Part shown: positions 10,411-24,458 of the stretch, piece by piece
Position numbering within the stretch: position 1 is the stretch's first letter
Layout of the letters: each line of letters begins with the position of its first letter
Source of the DNA: Paraspadella gotoi
Lineage: Eukaryota > Animalia > Chaetognatha
Reading direction: 5' to 3'
Assembly (NCBI GenBank): GCA_051294375.1
Contig: JBJCIZ010000239.1
Span: 5,532,993-5,596,992, forward strand
Length of the DNA: 64,000 nt
The notes under the pieces: model-generated
What the model saw: the letters and a program-made list of their open reading frames with translations, nothing else
Database searches by the model: none
Told to the model about the DNA's origin: nothing
Made by a program: the position numbers and the translations under genes

Positions 10411-13400
10411 GTTTCCAAGTTTGTTTAAAGAGTCACGTTTAAAGATAGAGAGTCATGATACTGGGAGGAATAAGTAGGATTAGTGATTATTGATTCGGTC
10501 TTGCATACCAGATTGGAAAATAATAAAACAAAGTAGATTTAATAATTTATTCATTGTGACATAGCACTGTACTTCGAAGACTTCTGTCTTCCTCTGAGGT
10601 GCAATTAATTAATTAATTAACGGTTAAGTCTTTTCAAACCAAGTAAACGTTCAAAAATTAACTACCTTGACTAATTAGTTCTCTATAATTGATAATTAGT
10701 TTTTAAATCCGATCAAACGTCAAAAATAACGTGTCCCACCTTCTTGACTTTAACTTTCGGTTTAAAAAGCGAATGTTGTAAAGAATTGATGCTTTCCGGT
10801 TTGTACATTTTTGACGATTTTTTACGAATGAAAAAAAAATAAACGGGTCGGTTAGATGTATTTTTTTGTTCGGCCGTGTCGGCTACGACGTCGCCATCGA
10901 AAAAAGTTTGTCGGTTTTTGTCGGTNNNNNNNNNNNNNNNNNNNNNNNNNNNNNNNNNNNNNNNNNNNNNNNNNNNNNNNNNNNNNNNNNNNNNNNNNNN
11001 NNNNNNNNNNNNNNNNNNNNNNNNNNNNNNNNNNNNNNNNNNNNNNNNNNNNNNNNNNNNNNNNNNNNNNNNNNTTTTTTTTGTCGTTAGGGAATCGTTT
11101 TTAATAATCCATTTCCGTATATTTTTATTAATTCATATTTTTTTTTAATCGCAGTTTCAACGTTAATCAGATTATCTTCCGGTCGACCGAGAAAAAAAAA
11201 TACGATTCTTTACTCTGCGGGTTTTTTCGCTCGATTTCATATCCAGAACGATTGATTGATTGATCGAATTCAAATCGAGATTTTCTTTGCTCCGGTCAAA
11301 TAGCTCCTAGGATTAATTTAGAGTACGTTGGAGCTGAGATTTTATAGCAGTACAATAGCTAGTTAACGGCTTTTTTATTTTTCGGTTTAGCTTTTTTATG
11401 TTTTTTTTTAATTCTCTTTTTTTTGATCTTCCTTGTTCTTTTGTTCTTAAAAGTGTATAAGTGTTTTATAATTTCTGTGAAACTCCTATTCACAATCTCG
11501 TTTTGGCCACGAAGAAGATAGGTTCACGCCGCTGCGGCCGCGAGGCGTGTCTCTCGCTCGCCCATGAGCTGACTCGGGTTTTTGTATCACCGCCCTGAGT
11601 TGACTTTTGTGAAGCAGTAAAGGTTTGATTAAAAAAAAGCAGGAGTGAAGTAAACTAAGTTGATTATAACTCAACGTGAATTAAAAAAAAGTTCGATATT
11701 TAATTTTAAGAAAATCTAAGGATGATGAAGTAACAACGGATACAACTTTCAGCTAAAACATGTACAAAAATAGAGTAAAAGTTTTGAACATAAAATAGCA
11801 GATGTTTATTTGTTTTGTTTTAAAATGCGTAAAAAAAAGAAGGTAGTTATGTAAAGAAATGGACTGGACTCACTCGCAATGAACGCTTCATTAAAAGAAA
11901 GAGGGAGAGAGAGAGAGAGAGAGACAGAGACGAGAGACGGATGAGAGCGACGAAGTAGGAGAAAGAGCAGAGAAAGAAAATGATCTTCTCTTTTTCCTCT
12001 AAAATCGAAGATTCGACGCTTTTCAACTCTCACTCCTTTCTCGCACTCCTTTGCATGGCGAGACGAGATGATAGATTGTACTTCGAGAGTGTAGCGTTGC
12101 ACCTAGACTGCACGATTACGCCGACCGTCAGACGCGAGGCCACCGCCCCCATTTTTCTGGTGAAACTCCAGCGCCAGCACTTTCAAGGAGACCGAGGAGA
12201 GAGAGACTCGATCAATTAAACATCTGGCGCAGTGTTTTAGAAAGCTCTAGTTTTCTCACATTCATGCTGTCCAATACAAGTTCAGCTCTGAAACTGAGGG
12301 TGGACCTGAGTCCTTCCTCTCTGCGCTATCCTACCTAATATACTCACCGGCACTATCAGATTCTCACACAAGCCGTTGTCTCTCACGCTGATATCTGCTA
12401 AAGAATGAAGAATGACACTGCTTGTTGCTGCGACGCTCTTCAGCGCCCTAACTTCAGCCCTGTAGAATACTACGTCTTTTCGTCTCCTCATGCATCACCT
12501 TGCGTCAAAGCTTGGTTTAATGAAATTTACAAACACTCATAAGCCATCGTACAAACAGCACTCTCGTCACATAACTTGTGCTCTTCATATAGCACCAACA
12601 AAGTCCGCCACGTCACCGTGTAAGCCGATTTCCTGGGAAAAGATACACCATAAAGTCATATTAAAAATTCTCCTTTCCGTGGCGCTGCTACTCGCTTTTT
12701 CTTTCCTCATCTCTGCTTTTTCGTGTACCAGGTTCCTCTCACTTCGTCATTGTTTATGGTATTCGTACGTCTGGAGGAGGATTAGAGCAAAAGACAGACT
12801 CTGATAAATAATGATGACAAAGGCAGGCACTGATAAATGCAATAGCGTACATTAATCTAGCACTGTACTGACTTCAAAGTGTGTAGAAACATTTTACAAG
12901 TTTTTGATTTTAACAGAAATCGGCTTTTAGTTTTTTTCACGCTAATTGCGATCTCCGCTTTGATGGCTTCCTGTTGTTTTTCCTGTATATAATAGAGTAT
13001 TCGATTTTTTAAGAGAGTGTTATGGGTAAAATCATAAAATCATGATGTTATAAGTGTAGCCTCATTTGATTACCATAAGTGGCTCTTTCTTTTCACTTTA
13101 TATTTTAATAAAAGTTAAGTCACATTAAACTCTAAATAATAATACCTATAATTCTCATGAGTGTAATTTACAGAATTCTCAAAGCGCGCATATCTATATT
13201 TGTTGTTAGTTTATGATCACTCTCTTCTACTCTCTCTTTTNNNNNNNNNNNNNNNNNNNNNNNNNTTCTCGTTTCGATTCGTTCAAAACTTGTTTACGTT
13301 TCGAAGGAATGAAGATTAAATGTTGTTGCGAGGCCGTGATAACTTTTTTATCAAATCTACATTCCGCTTTATTGGTCGTACGACGGATTTGTTACGTGAC

Positions 13401-15233
13401 CCGCCGATCCAGTCTAGTGTCGATCGCCCGCCATCCGAGCGGCGCGACTCTGGGCTAACAATATACGACGCGAGTCTATCGACTTCGCGCAGCGAACTGA
13501 GGCGGGAATCCTCTGTTCACCGACGACGACGGACAACATGCGCACGTGACGAAACGGAGCGACGACGAATCCGCTAGCCAGCACCCGCGCGCGGTTTCCC
13601 GCGATGGAGTTGAATCCGTGCCGCGGACACGGGAGCGCGACCGCGCACGAAACGCGCATCGTGCCGGCCAAGATGTCAACCAAGATGGAATCGGAATGGT
13701 CGGCGATCAGTCACACGCCTAGGTCGAAACGCCGACGGAGAATCCGGAGCGGGATCGACAAAGACGGCGACGGGGAAGGCGGACATGCGGCGTGCCTCTT
13801 CTCGCGGCGGCGCTTCGTCCAATGGGACCGCCGGCGGATCCTTGAAGGGGAAATAACGGGGGCCGCAGCTCCCGTGCGCCCCTGTGGCCAGCGTGGGCTT
13901 CGGGCTTGGCCGACGACCCCGTGGTAAACTGCAATCTCGGCGGCCGTCTACTGGCAATCTCGCGCGTCAAACTGTTTGGCGTCTTCGCAGGAGCCCAGGC
14001 CGAATCCTCGCAGCCCGCGCCGTCAAGGCGCGTCTCGGCGATGGCGGGTCTGGAATTCTCGGGCGAGGAGAATAGATGCCGGCGGCGTACGGGAGAGTCC
14101 CGCGTCGTGAATGGCGGTGGGGACGCGGAGTTTGTCTCGACAGATCGGAGGCGTCGAATCTGTGTCATGGATTGTTCAAAGAGGCCGATCTTGTTGGGTG
14201 GATTTCAACGTGACGGGTAATCTTCTCTTCCTTTTTTGCCTTTTAAAGGAAAAGATACTCTTCTTTTCAAGGTGTGTCAGGTGGGGTGTATCGATGCATT
14301 GAACAATCAGTGATGCGAAAATAATGGGTTTTGAAAAAAAAGAAAGTGCTGTTGACGGTCTAAAGAGGAGGGATAACCTACGGTTCCCTGCGGGACCTCG
14401 CACGGAAAAACGAAATGAGGTAATATTTATTTATTTTATGGATTAGTGTGGGTGCTAGTCCTCAGGATTCTTTCTCTCGATTCATCTCTGCTCCCAGGGA
14501 AGGGTCACGCCCGGTTCTCGGGAGGGGAGGGGGGGCGGGAAATTTCGATTAACCGGCGAACTACCAGCCTCGGACGACGATGCTTGTAGTGTAGGACNNN
14601 NNNNNNNNNNNNNNNNNNNNNNGACGACGACGACGACGACGACGACTGTTAACGACGACAACCTTCGTCGGAGTAACTGAAAAAAAAAGTTGTGAGTACA
14701 GACCGAGATCGACAGGAAAAAAAAAAGTAAATTTCGCCATTAAAAACGAATCAAATGATATAATGTGTGATTAGTATCGCCGAGTTGTTTTTTTTTTTTT
14801 TAAGTAAAATAAAATAAAAAGAATTAAAAAAACAAACATTTCATAATTTATTTTCGCGTAAAAGTCTCGATTGAATTGATGAAGTTCGACCGTCGAGAGT
14901 TTTTAGAGAAAAGAAAAAAAAATGAAAAAAATGAAAAAGAAAGAAAAAGGAGAGAAAAAAACTTGTGAGGAATATTTTCTGGGTCTTGAAAAATCACTGT
15001 GAGGACAAAAGTCAATGTGTCGGGTTTAACTTAAATCTAATTAAAAGAATTTGAAGTCGAATTAAAAAAAAAGAACTTTCTCATTGTCTAATGATTAATT
15101 TTACAACATATACGAAGCTTTTACATTACAATGACAATGATGATAAAAACAATTTAATAAAAATAAAAATTTTAAAAGAAAACAAAACAAAGGAAGAAAT
15201 AGAAGCAGAAGAAGCAACACGGTTGCGATTGTA

Positions 15234-15275
<42 letters not shown>

Positions 15276-15856
15276 CTCTCTCTCTCTCTCTCTTCTCTCT
15301 TCTCTCTCTCCTCTCCCGCTCTCTGAATTGAAAATGTTATTTTAAAAAAACTTTCTTAGACTTTAAAGTTATATACATAACAGAACAAGACAGTTAGAAA
15401 GAACAATTAACAAATGTTAAAACAGAAAACATAAGAAATTCGAAGAGAAAGTTAAGCTGTAAGCAGTAAAGTATAAAAAAACATACGAACACATACGAAC
15501 GTAAGTGTAAAGTTTATCATTTGATGCTAACATATTGTTAACATTTCACCAATTGACAGCAAAGTATTTATTTCTCAGGTTGAACTGGTTTCAACAGTTT
15601 TAACGAAAAAAAGTCGAGAAAGAGTTTTTCCCTTTTTTTTTTTTGAAGTTCGTAAATTGCCAAAGTTTCTTTCCTAGTTGTAAAAAAAGCAAATATATCG
15701 ATAAGTTTTAAATTAACATTAAACGAAAGAAAATGTTAAGACAAACGAAATATATATTTTCGTTTCGTTCGTTGGATTAATTTAGTCGCGCAGATTTTTT
15801 CCCGATTTTAAGTTCACGAATCTATGTCAATACTTTTTTTTTTCAGCTCACTCTCT

Positions 15857-15909
<53 letters not shown>

Positions 15910-15922
15910 CTCTCCTCTGCGG

Positions 15923-15954
<32 letters not shown>

Positions 15955-16603
15955 TTAATGACGGTTAAGAAATGGCCTTCTACTTTCCACACTTTATTTT
16001 CTTTGAAACTGGAAAAAGTCGGAAATTTTTTTTTTTCNNNNNNNNNNNNNNNNNNNNNNNNNTAAAATTTAAACATACTCTATTAAATATAAGAAAACCA
16101 CAATTTTATTCTAATGTTTATTTGATAATTTAAAATTTTATTTGATTTTAATCCATTGATGATTCATCTTTTAATATCTCATTCGATACATCGAATTGAA
16201 TTAATTATTTGAAAGTCATTTCGATAATTAAATACAATTTATTAAATTAAATTAATAAAAAATAAGTCGCTCTGTTGGAGAAAAGTGGAAGAAATATCGG
16301 ACAAAAAGGAACATCGATATAAAACTCTAAAGAGTTANNNNNNNNNNNNNNNNNNNNNNNNNNNNNNNNNNNNNNNNNNNNNNNNNNNNNNNNNNNNNNN
16401 NNNNNNNNNNNNNNNNNNNNNNNNNNNNNNNNNNNNNNNNNNNNNNNNNNNNNNNNNNNNNNNNNNNNNNNNNNNNNNNNNNNNNNNNNNNNNNNNNNNN
16501 NNNNNNNNNNNNNNNNNNNNNNNNNNNNNNNNNNNNNNNNNNNNNNNNNNNNNNNNNNNNNNNNNNNNNNNNAGAGACAGAGACAGAGACAGAGACAATC
16601 AAC

Positions 16604-17052
16604 CTTCTTTTTAGGCGTCCCGTGCTTTCCTCCTTTCCCCGAAGGCGACGAATGCTGCGTCTCTTTGGCGCCGGAAACGACGGGCCGCGCCGCCGCGACG
16701 GCGGAAGCGGTCGCCGCAGCGGTTTTCGCTTCGACCGCTTCGTCGTCGACGGCATCCGCTTCTTCGGCCGAAGCGCGGATCGCCTCTTTCGCTTCCAACG
16801 TTTTCTCCTCTTCCGCATCGAGGGATCGCGGCATCTCCTTTACGGCATCGTCGATTCCTTCGTCCTCTGCGGCGTTATCGATTCGAGGCAGATCCTTCGG
16901 GGCATCGTCCGATTTCGACATCGCAACATCAACGGATGGCGGGGCGGTAAGTTTGTCGTCGTCGTCGTCGTCGTCGTCGTCATTGATATCTTCTTTGTCT
17001 CTCTTCTCGACTTGATGGCTTTCGGCTTCATCCGGAGATGGACGGTCTCCTT
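16604..17052 (-). CDS. Ank: Probable ankyrin N-terminal exon, acidic and Ala-rich, ending ...GKGGKHGTPKKK
   Basis: Open frame from a tag| acceptor (exon start 17052) or from the ATG at 16921 to AAG|gttgat in phase 0. Compatible with the exon at 7779. The basic KKK end mirrors vertebrate ankyrin exon-1 ends. Confidence 0.7.
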
Positions 17053-17289
17053 CTAATAGTTTTAAGGCAGAGGGCCAATATTTAATTATATTTTTTTTAT
17101 ACTATTGTTATTGCTATTGTTTATAAAACCATCAAATTTACATCGCGTTTATAAATTGTAAGATTAAGAAATTCTTTAAATCTTATTCAATACACATTTC
17201 TCCTTTAAAAGATTCAAATTTTTAGTATTACATGTTCTACGGAATAAATCAAATAATTAAATATCCGTCCCTGCTTTAGTGCATCTCAC

Positions 17290-17812
17290 GTCCGGATTTG
17301 TTTGGACACGTATACTGTCTTCCGGATCTAAATTTTCAATAACACCAGGGTCTGCACTTTCATCCGGCTTTTCATTTTCATCCGGATTTTCAACCGCATC
17401 CGGATTTTCAATCTCATCCGGCTTCTCCTTTTCATCTGGATTTTCAATCGCTTCCAGAATTTCAGTTACATCCGGCTTTTTATTTTCATCCGGATTTTTT
17501 ATCGCATCCGGATTTTCAATCACGTCCAACTTTTCATTTTCGTCCACTTTTTCTTCTACATCCGGGTCTTCAGATTTGATGGTGACGCGAGGAGATTTGG
17601 TTATTTCATCGACAACGACGACGGTTCTCTGTTCTGATTGGCGGCGAGATGAGGATTCCTTGTCTCTAATTGGCTGATTGGAGGAGTTTGTCGTCGTTTC
17701 CTTGTCTTTGATTGACTGATTGGAGGCATCACCCGATCCTCCGGAAATGTTGAGGCTGTCGTCCATCTTAATCGTGGGCACGTTTGCGGGCTCAGCGTAC
17801 ATCCAACACACC
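17290..17812 (-). CDS. Candidate ankyrin-locus exon with acidic xxENPD/KPD hexapeptide repeats
   Basis: 523-nt open frame; acceptor tttgaccacag, donor GAC|gtgaga (phase 0); 18-bp internal repeat. Confidence 0.6.
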
Positions 17813-17989
17813 CTGTGGTCAAAGTGAGAATATTGATGACACAATGTGAGAGCGTTAATCATAATAATATTAATTTTCATCAATTTAATCAAATGAACTT
17901 TAGCCTTATAAATTTCATGTTTTAGCTTAATTCGGATTTAGTCATTTTTGAGCTGTATTTGCGGATAAGGCGCTAAGTGGGCCTAAAGA

Positions 17990-18145
17990 GTGCTATCCGC
18001 AACTTCTTTAACCCCCTCTAGCAGCCATGGAACGGGTCCTGGGCTTGGATCCAGGCTTGAGGGTTTTCCACGCCCCCAAGGCGGCTTACAGCCGTCCTCA
18101 CGCTTCCCGCAGTACCTGGTGGTCATGAGTTGATGGCTTTACTCA
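17990..18145 (+). repeat. Dispersed repeat family B; diverged copy at ~935-1056
   Basis: Collinear shared words ctatcc, ttcttt, agcag, ccaggctt.agggtttt, gtacc, catga..tgatggctttact. Confidence 0.65.
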
Positions 18146-19030
18146 ATGAGCCACCGGGTCACCACTGAAGGTGTAATGCTTATAGGCGGGGTGAACCTAG
18201 GCAATGCCCGAGTACAAATTAACAAAAGTATAGAAAAACATTATCCAGCAAANNNNNNNNNNGTCCAGAGAGGGTGCTTAATCCCTCCGAATATGTAGTA
18301 AGGGTTCTTCTGATTGGGGCTCAAGTCATCCGTCCAGTAGAAAGTGGGAGAGCGAGACGGTGAGGCCGAGGCGGAGAGGGAAGCTTGAAGGGCACCGGGT
18401 GCGGATCGGCGACCGGATCGAGAAAGGCTGCGGCTGCACCGTTCGAGGGATCGCTTGGGCGGGGATGAGGAATTAAAAGATAGGGTAAGTTAGGAAGTTA
18501 TTTCAGTTTTTTTTTAAATTTATATATGAGAGGGATGGAGGTCTTAAACAACAATAGCCTGTCCTAAGTCAGTGGCAAGATAGCTTATTTATTAAGTGAA
18601 TGACTAATTCTATATTGGTTGTTCCAATTTTATATTATGGCATGAGGAAAGACTTATCTGGCTTTTTTTTAAATCATCCTTTCTTTTTTTCTCTCCTTTT
18701 TTCTTCCATTATTTTCCTATTTTAATTTTTCCTCACTTCTTTTTTCTTTCTTCCTTTTTTTCCCTCCCTTTCATTTTATTTTCCTCCCTTTTTTTCCAAT
18801 TGTCGTTTTTAAAATGGAAAATTAAAATCCTCTTTGTTAATTTTATATCTTTATTTTATAATATCTTTATAATTTTCATTTTCCGATTTCGATTTTTATA
18901 GCACTAGGCTTTCGTCAAAAGGTTATAATATTTTTTTTTACAAATTTTTCTACTTAACTCACTTCCTCGTCTCACTTCCTCCCTTTCCTCCCTCACTTCC
19001 TCCTTTCCCCCCCTCTCCCCCCCCCAACAC

Positions 19031-19296
19031 CTGTATGAGGTGAGTGTTGTCCGAGTGAGTCTCGAACGAGACCGACAAAGACGCCAAACCCGACGTGGTC
19101 GTCCCGTTCGTCCTCAATTGACTCGTCGACTTGTCGGTCGGACGAAGACTCGGGGCCGAGGTCGTCGCCGACGCCGCAGCGGAAGCCGCAACCGCCGCCG
19201 CTGCCGACGCCGCCGCCGCCGCTGCCGCCGCGGAGGAAGGGAGGGAAGGGAAGAAGACTGGAGATTTGGAGGCGCTGCGGCGGGAGGGACGCTGGA
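19031..19296 (-). CDS. Candidate exon (poly-Ala/Ser frame open) or 5' UTR exon of the ankyrin locus
   Basis: GC-rich island between an atttag/tccag acceptor and a CAG|gtgttg donor; reading frame not confirmed. Confidence 0.4.
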
Positions 19297-19605
19297 CTAA
19301 ATTAATATTACAATAAATATATATAACTGATTTTGATGGACAAATGAATTTGTTGTAAACGATCACAGTAAATGAAGTTGTTCATCAATTTTTTTTTTTT
19401 TTTTAATTTTGTTTAAAATTTTTTTTTTCTCCGAAATTTAACATTATTTTATAAAAATATTTTTGGCTTTTGGCTTTTGCGTCATCCTTAGGCTCATCTT
19501 ACAACAAATTTTCAAATTTTTAAATTTTTAACTCTTTAAACCTTAAACCATATTCCCTAACCAAAATATTGTACCCAAATCTCTAACTCTAGTCCTATTG
19601 AAGTA

Positions 19606-19648
19606 AACGCTGATGAAGGCTTGTAAAGCAAGTCGAAACATGTCTGTT
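19606..19648 (+). ncRNA. Minimal type I hammerhead ribozyme, Penelope-like-element type
   Basis: AACG CTGATGA A GGCTTG taaag CAAGTC GAAA C AT G TC TGTT: intact core, stem I AACG/TGTT, 6-bp stem II, palindromic ACATGT stem III, GUC site ending at 19644. AATAAA at 19656-19661. Confidence 0.8.
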
Positions 19649-19799
19649 CAATTTAAATAAAATTCGTTGCAAACAAAAACTTTGTCAATTCTATAAACTC
19701 TACTCCTTTACAATATTGTACCCGAAACTATCCTAATACTCGAAAACTAAGCTTTTGAAAAATATTCCACTATTCTTATTATTATCGATATTAATATTA

Positions 19800-20050
<251 letters not shown>

Positions 20051-20269
20051 CCGCCGGAGGAAAGGTGGCGTTAAGTCCGACGTGAGCCGGAGGCGGCGTC
20101 GAATTCGGAGTGGAGGAGGCGGAAGAGGAAGAGGCGACGGATGGAGGGAAAGTAGGAGAAGAGGAGGAGAGGGCGGCGGCGGCGGCGGCGGCGGCAGCGT
20201 GTCCGAGCGGGCGCGGCTGCTGCCGGGGGAGGAGACATAAAGCGGGATGGCCCCTCTGCGCTTGACAGC

Positions 20270-20300
<31 letters not shown>

Positions 20301-20326
20301 TAGAGAGAGTAGAGAGAGAGAGAGAG

Positions 20327-20362
<36 letters not shown>

Positions 20363-20953
20363 GAGAGAGAGAGAGATGAGTGACAGAAGTTGGATGAGTA
20401 GAAGAGGGTAAGTGTTGGTCGTCGATTCACGATAAATCCAGGATTTAATTTGAGGACTAAGACTAAGACAGGTCTGAAAAAGGCGAAATCCGGGTTTGGA
20501 GGAGAATGTTTTTTTCCAAAGTTCCAGGGTTCAAAGGGTCTCTCGGAGGTAAAGAAAGTTCAGTCGGGTTTAAAAAAGATAAGGAATCCAAAAGGTGATG
20601 AGTTTAGAGGTTGGATCGTCGGGTTTGGAGGAATTCGATCTTATTTTTTTCCAACGAGTCGTCGAAAGCAAAACGTCTTCTGTTTTCTTTCCGATTTTAT
20701 ATCCGTTTGTTTTGGTTTTTTTTTCGGTTTCGTTTTGGTTTTTCGACTCGTTTCTTTTTATTCACTCTCGTATTCTTTTTTTTTGGGGGGGGGGAGGAAG
20801 GGCCTCTTGTTTTCTCGTCGTCGTCGTCGTTTGAAGCAAAAGTTGCTGCAAAATCCGAATTCGAAGAGATTGCCGCACTCTTTGATGAATTTGCTGCGGG
20901 TCCGAAGGAACGAAAAAAACAAAAACTCCGAAGGAATAGTAAATTGAAAATAA

Positions 20954-21007
20954 AAAATGGCGCGAATTTTAAACGTCGTTTATTGGCGGGAAAAATGTGT
21001 GACGTCA
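20954..21007. promoter_or_regulatory. Candidate promoter motif cluster
   Basis: AAAATGGCG (YY1-like, 20954), ATTGG overlapping TTGGCGGGAAAA (CCAAT/E2F-like, 20982-20994) and TGACGTCA (CRE, 21000-21007) within 54 bp, just upstream of the ankyrin candidate first exons. Confidence 0.5.
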
Positions 21008-21358
21008 GCGAAGCAGATGGACGCAATAAAATCCTCGCAATCGATGTAAAAGAACATCAACCGTTGCAGAAAGACCAAATGGTGTATAGCAAGAATGGTT
21101 TATGTAAATGCGGGAGGCAACCTTTTCTTTTTTAGTTTAACGTAAAACAAACCAAAAAAATTTGCCGAATCAACCGTTTTTTCTTTTTTTTTTTATTTCG
21201 TAGCAGCTCTTATTTATTTATTTTTGGAAACTTTTTGCTAATACTAGCAAGTTTTTTTTTTGGCAACAGGGGGCGGGCGGGAATTGAAAATAGGTTGGGT
21301 TAGCGGCGTGAGTCGTCGGTTTTTTTTAGAACAGCGTCAGGTGAAAAAAAAAGGGAAA

Positions 21359-21404
<46 letters not shown>

Positions 21405-21830
21405 AAGACCGGCGAATGTTTCTTTTCTTTTCTTTTTCTCTTTCCTTATTACTTACGGTCCTTTCCTCCCTTCGTTATTCGGTCATGCACGATCTCCTCT
21501 TTCATTTTTATGTTCGTTGCTATTTTGTTTAATGGACGACGGAGAATATGTATCGATTGCAGCGCCTTCTTTTTTTTTTCTTTTTTCTCTCTCGTGCCCC
21601 CGATTCGAAGCGGATAGGAAAAAAAAAATTAGCAAAAAAGAGTTTTTTTCTTCTAATTTTTATTTTTGTATGTAGCACGAGACTGTGGGGGTGGGGGAGA
21701 AGAACGACGACAACAACGAGGAGAATAAATGAAGTGGGACTTTGGGTTCGTCGCTCAATCGATACTATTTGTTAGTCTTTGTATTTGGGTAAATATAGAG
21801 GGTAGAGGCACGACCGAGAAAGGCATTCTT

Positions 21831-21874
<44 letters not shown>

Positions 21875-23110
21875 TTTAGCAAATTCCGATACTTATTATT
21901 GCTTTGTAATTATACTTCGGTTTCGCTTTGCAGTTTTCGTGTTTCTCGAGCCCCGTCACAGGCCTGGCTCCTTTTCTTTTTAATTCTTTATTATTTTGAC
22001 GCTTTATGTGAGTTTATGGTTAAATGATTGTCTTGATTCCTTTTTTTTTTATTAGTCTTTAAGATGTAGCAAAAAACTGTGAAAGAAACAAAGGAATAAA
22101 GAATTTTAGAAGAAAAAAAAATATTTTCTGGACGGTGATCGTTTTCTCGGCGAGAAAGAAAAAAAAAGTTTTTAAAATTTTTTTTTTTCGGATCGAAATT
22201 TTGTTTTTCAACAAAAAATTCGTATCTTAAGTTTTCTTTTTTTTATTTTTTCTGAAGCCCTCCACCCCCCCAAACGCCAAAAAAAAAGACGAACTTGTGT
22301 TACGCTTTTAAATTGTATGATTCAACCGGAAAGAAAACCTTTACAGGATATCGAGAGAAAGTTTTTTTTTTTTTTTTTTTAATTAAAATTATTATATAAT
22401 CCATCATTAGTTTTAGTTTGTATGAGACTTTTAAAAAAAGGGGATAATGTTGAAAGAGTCATTTAGAATAATTTTAAATTAATTTAACAGATTTACAATA
22501 GTAACTATGGAAGAAAACCCAAAGTTACGAAACCCAAACTTTGACATCTGCTAAAAAAGTAACAGAAATATTTTTTTCAACATGAGGACAACTTTCCTAA
22601 AACAGTGAAACTAAAATATAAAAAAAAATGTTCGTTTCTTTAAACAATTTTGGTTTTTATGTAGTTGGTAAAAGTAAAAAAATTTCAAAATTTTTATATA
22701 TTGAAATATATTGTAATTGATTTCTTGATTTTCTGTTGTTTACTTTTGGTTGTTTTTCTTGTCACTTCTTGTCATAGTCGTCTCTTGTTTTCAAAAATGT
22801 TAAAAATTCTTTTTTTTATTATTAATTTATTTTTTGTTTATCCATAATCAGAAAAATATTTTCATTAGAAAAAGTTGAATCTGAAAAAAAAAACGACTCA
22901 GGTGAAAAAAAAAAGAAATTATATTAATATCATTGTTTTAATAAAACTTTCTCGTTTTTATTTGTGGATTTGCTTTTGTTTTTGTTTTGTTTTGTTTTTG
23001 TTTATCTCAATGGATTTTTTTGGGGGTATAAATTATCCACTGTTTTTCTTGGCATTTTCGAAGGAAAAAAGCTAACCCGTCAAAAAAGGGAACACACAGA
23101 GAGAACCCAC

Positions 23111-23161
<51 letters not shown>

Positions 23162-23915
23162 TCTCCCACGGCGTCGGTTTACGAATCCTGTCGTGCGATG
23201 TCGTGATTCAAGTTCTTCCGCGGGAACAAAAAAAGAGTTTTTGAGGATGCTCGAAAATGACAATTCAATCGATACGAGATAGAGATGGAGTGACGGGATG
23301 AGAGAGAGAGAGGAAGAGAAGAGAAGAGAAGAGAAGAGAAGAGAAGAGAAGAGAAGAGAAGAGAAGAGAAGAGAAGAGAAGAGAAGAGAAATACAATGGA
23401 CTTTAAAAGAATCAAACCGACTACATATGAAAAGGGCGAGAAAAAAAAGTAAGTTCTATTGAAAAGAGAATGAAAATTTTCCCTCCGAGGATCTTTGCAA
23501 AGTGAGTCTCCGTGACTTGCTCCAAGCACAGTGGGCACACCCGTGAAAACGAAATATAGATAAGGGGTATCACAGTTGTTAAACATATCGTATTCACGCG
23601 GATTTAAATAGATTTTTTGTTGTTAAGATTATGAAATTGGTACAAGCAATATAAAAATTATCCATTCATTTAATTAAATAAGCTATAGCCTGACTTAGGT
23701 TAGGCTATAATGGTTCAGGGCTTCCTTTAAAATTCTAATAAAATAACAAAGCAAGTAAATTTGACTAGTTTATTTGTAAAAATTGACAAGGTCAAAGAAA
23801 GAGACTGAAAATAAAGTCACGAAAAATCACTTTTCGAACTTCCGTGAAATAAAAAAAACCGTCAGAAAGAATCTGGTTGGTTTTGACTTTGACAAAAAAA
23901 AGAAAATCGAATTTG

Positions 23916-24458
23916 GGGCCTTATTTTCCCAGAACGCCCCATTTTATGTTCGGAATTGAATTAATTATGTTAAAGGTTAAGGTTAGGGATTAGGTTAGGG
24001 ATTAAGTTAGGGAATAAGATTAAAGATTTGGTTTGTGATTAGGGTTAAAGACTTAGGTTAAGGATTATCCTTTAGGGTCAGAGGTTAAAGTTAGAAATTA
24101 AAGTTAAGGGTTAAGATTAAGAGTTTAGAGTTTAGGGTTAGAGTTCAGGATTAGAATGGGATTACAAACCAGGTTAGGGATTAATTTTTAGGATTAGTTC
24201 ATAGGTATAAAGGTTAAATATTAAAGATAAAGTCAAATTTTTTTATTGTTAAAAAACAATTATATAAATTGATATAAAATATACATATTTTGACTTCAGT
24301 GAGAGCCTTCTTCTGGCCAAAAATAATTTTAAACAATTACAAATTTGCTTTAAAAATTTTTAAATACAATGAAATGAAAAAAATTATACTAATATTAAAG
24401 TTAAAATTAAATTCTGAAAATAATGAACAGAAAGGAGCACTCTCGGAAAAGAGAGCCC
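23916..24458 (+). mobile_element. MITE-like TIR element with an internal TTAGGG-like array
   Basis: Left GGGCCTTATTTTCCCAGAACGCCCC, right GGAGCACTCTCGGAAAAGAGAGCCC; exact flanking direct repeat AATTTG (23910-23915 and 24459-24464). Confidence 0.85.
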
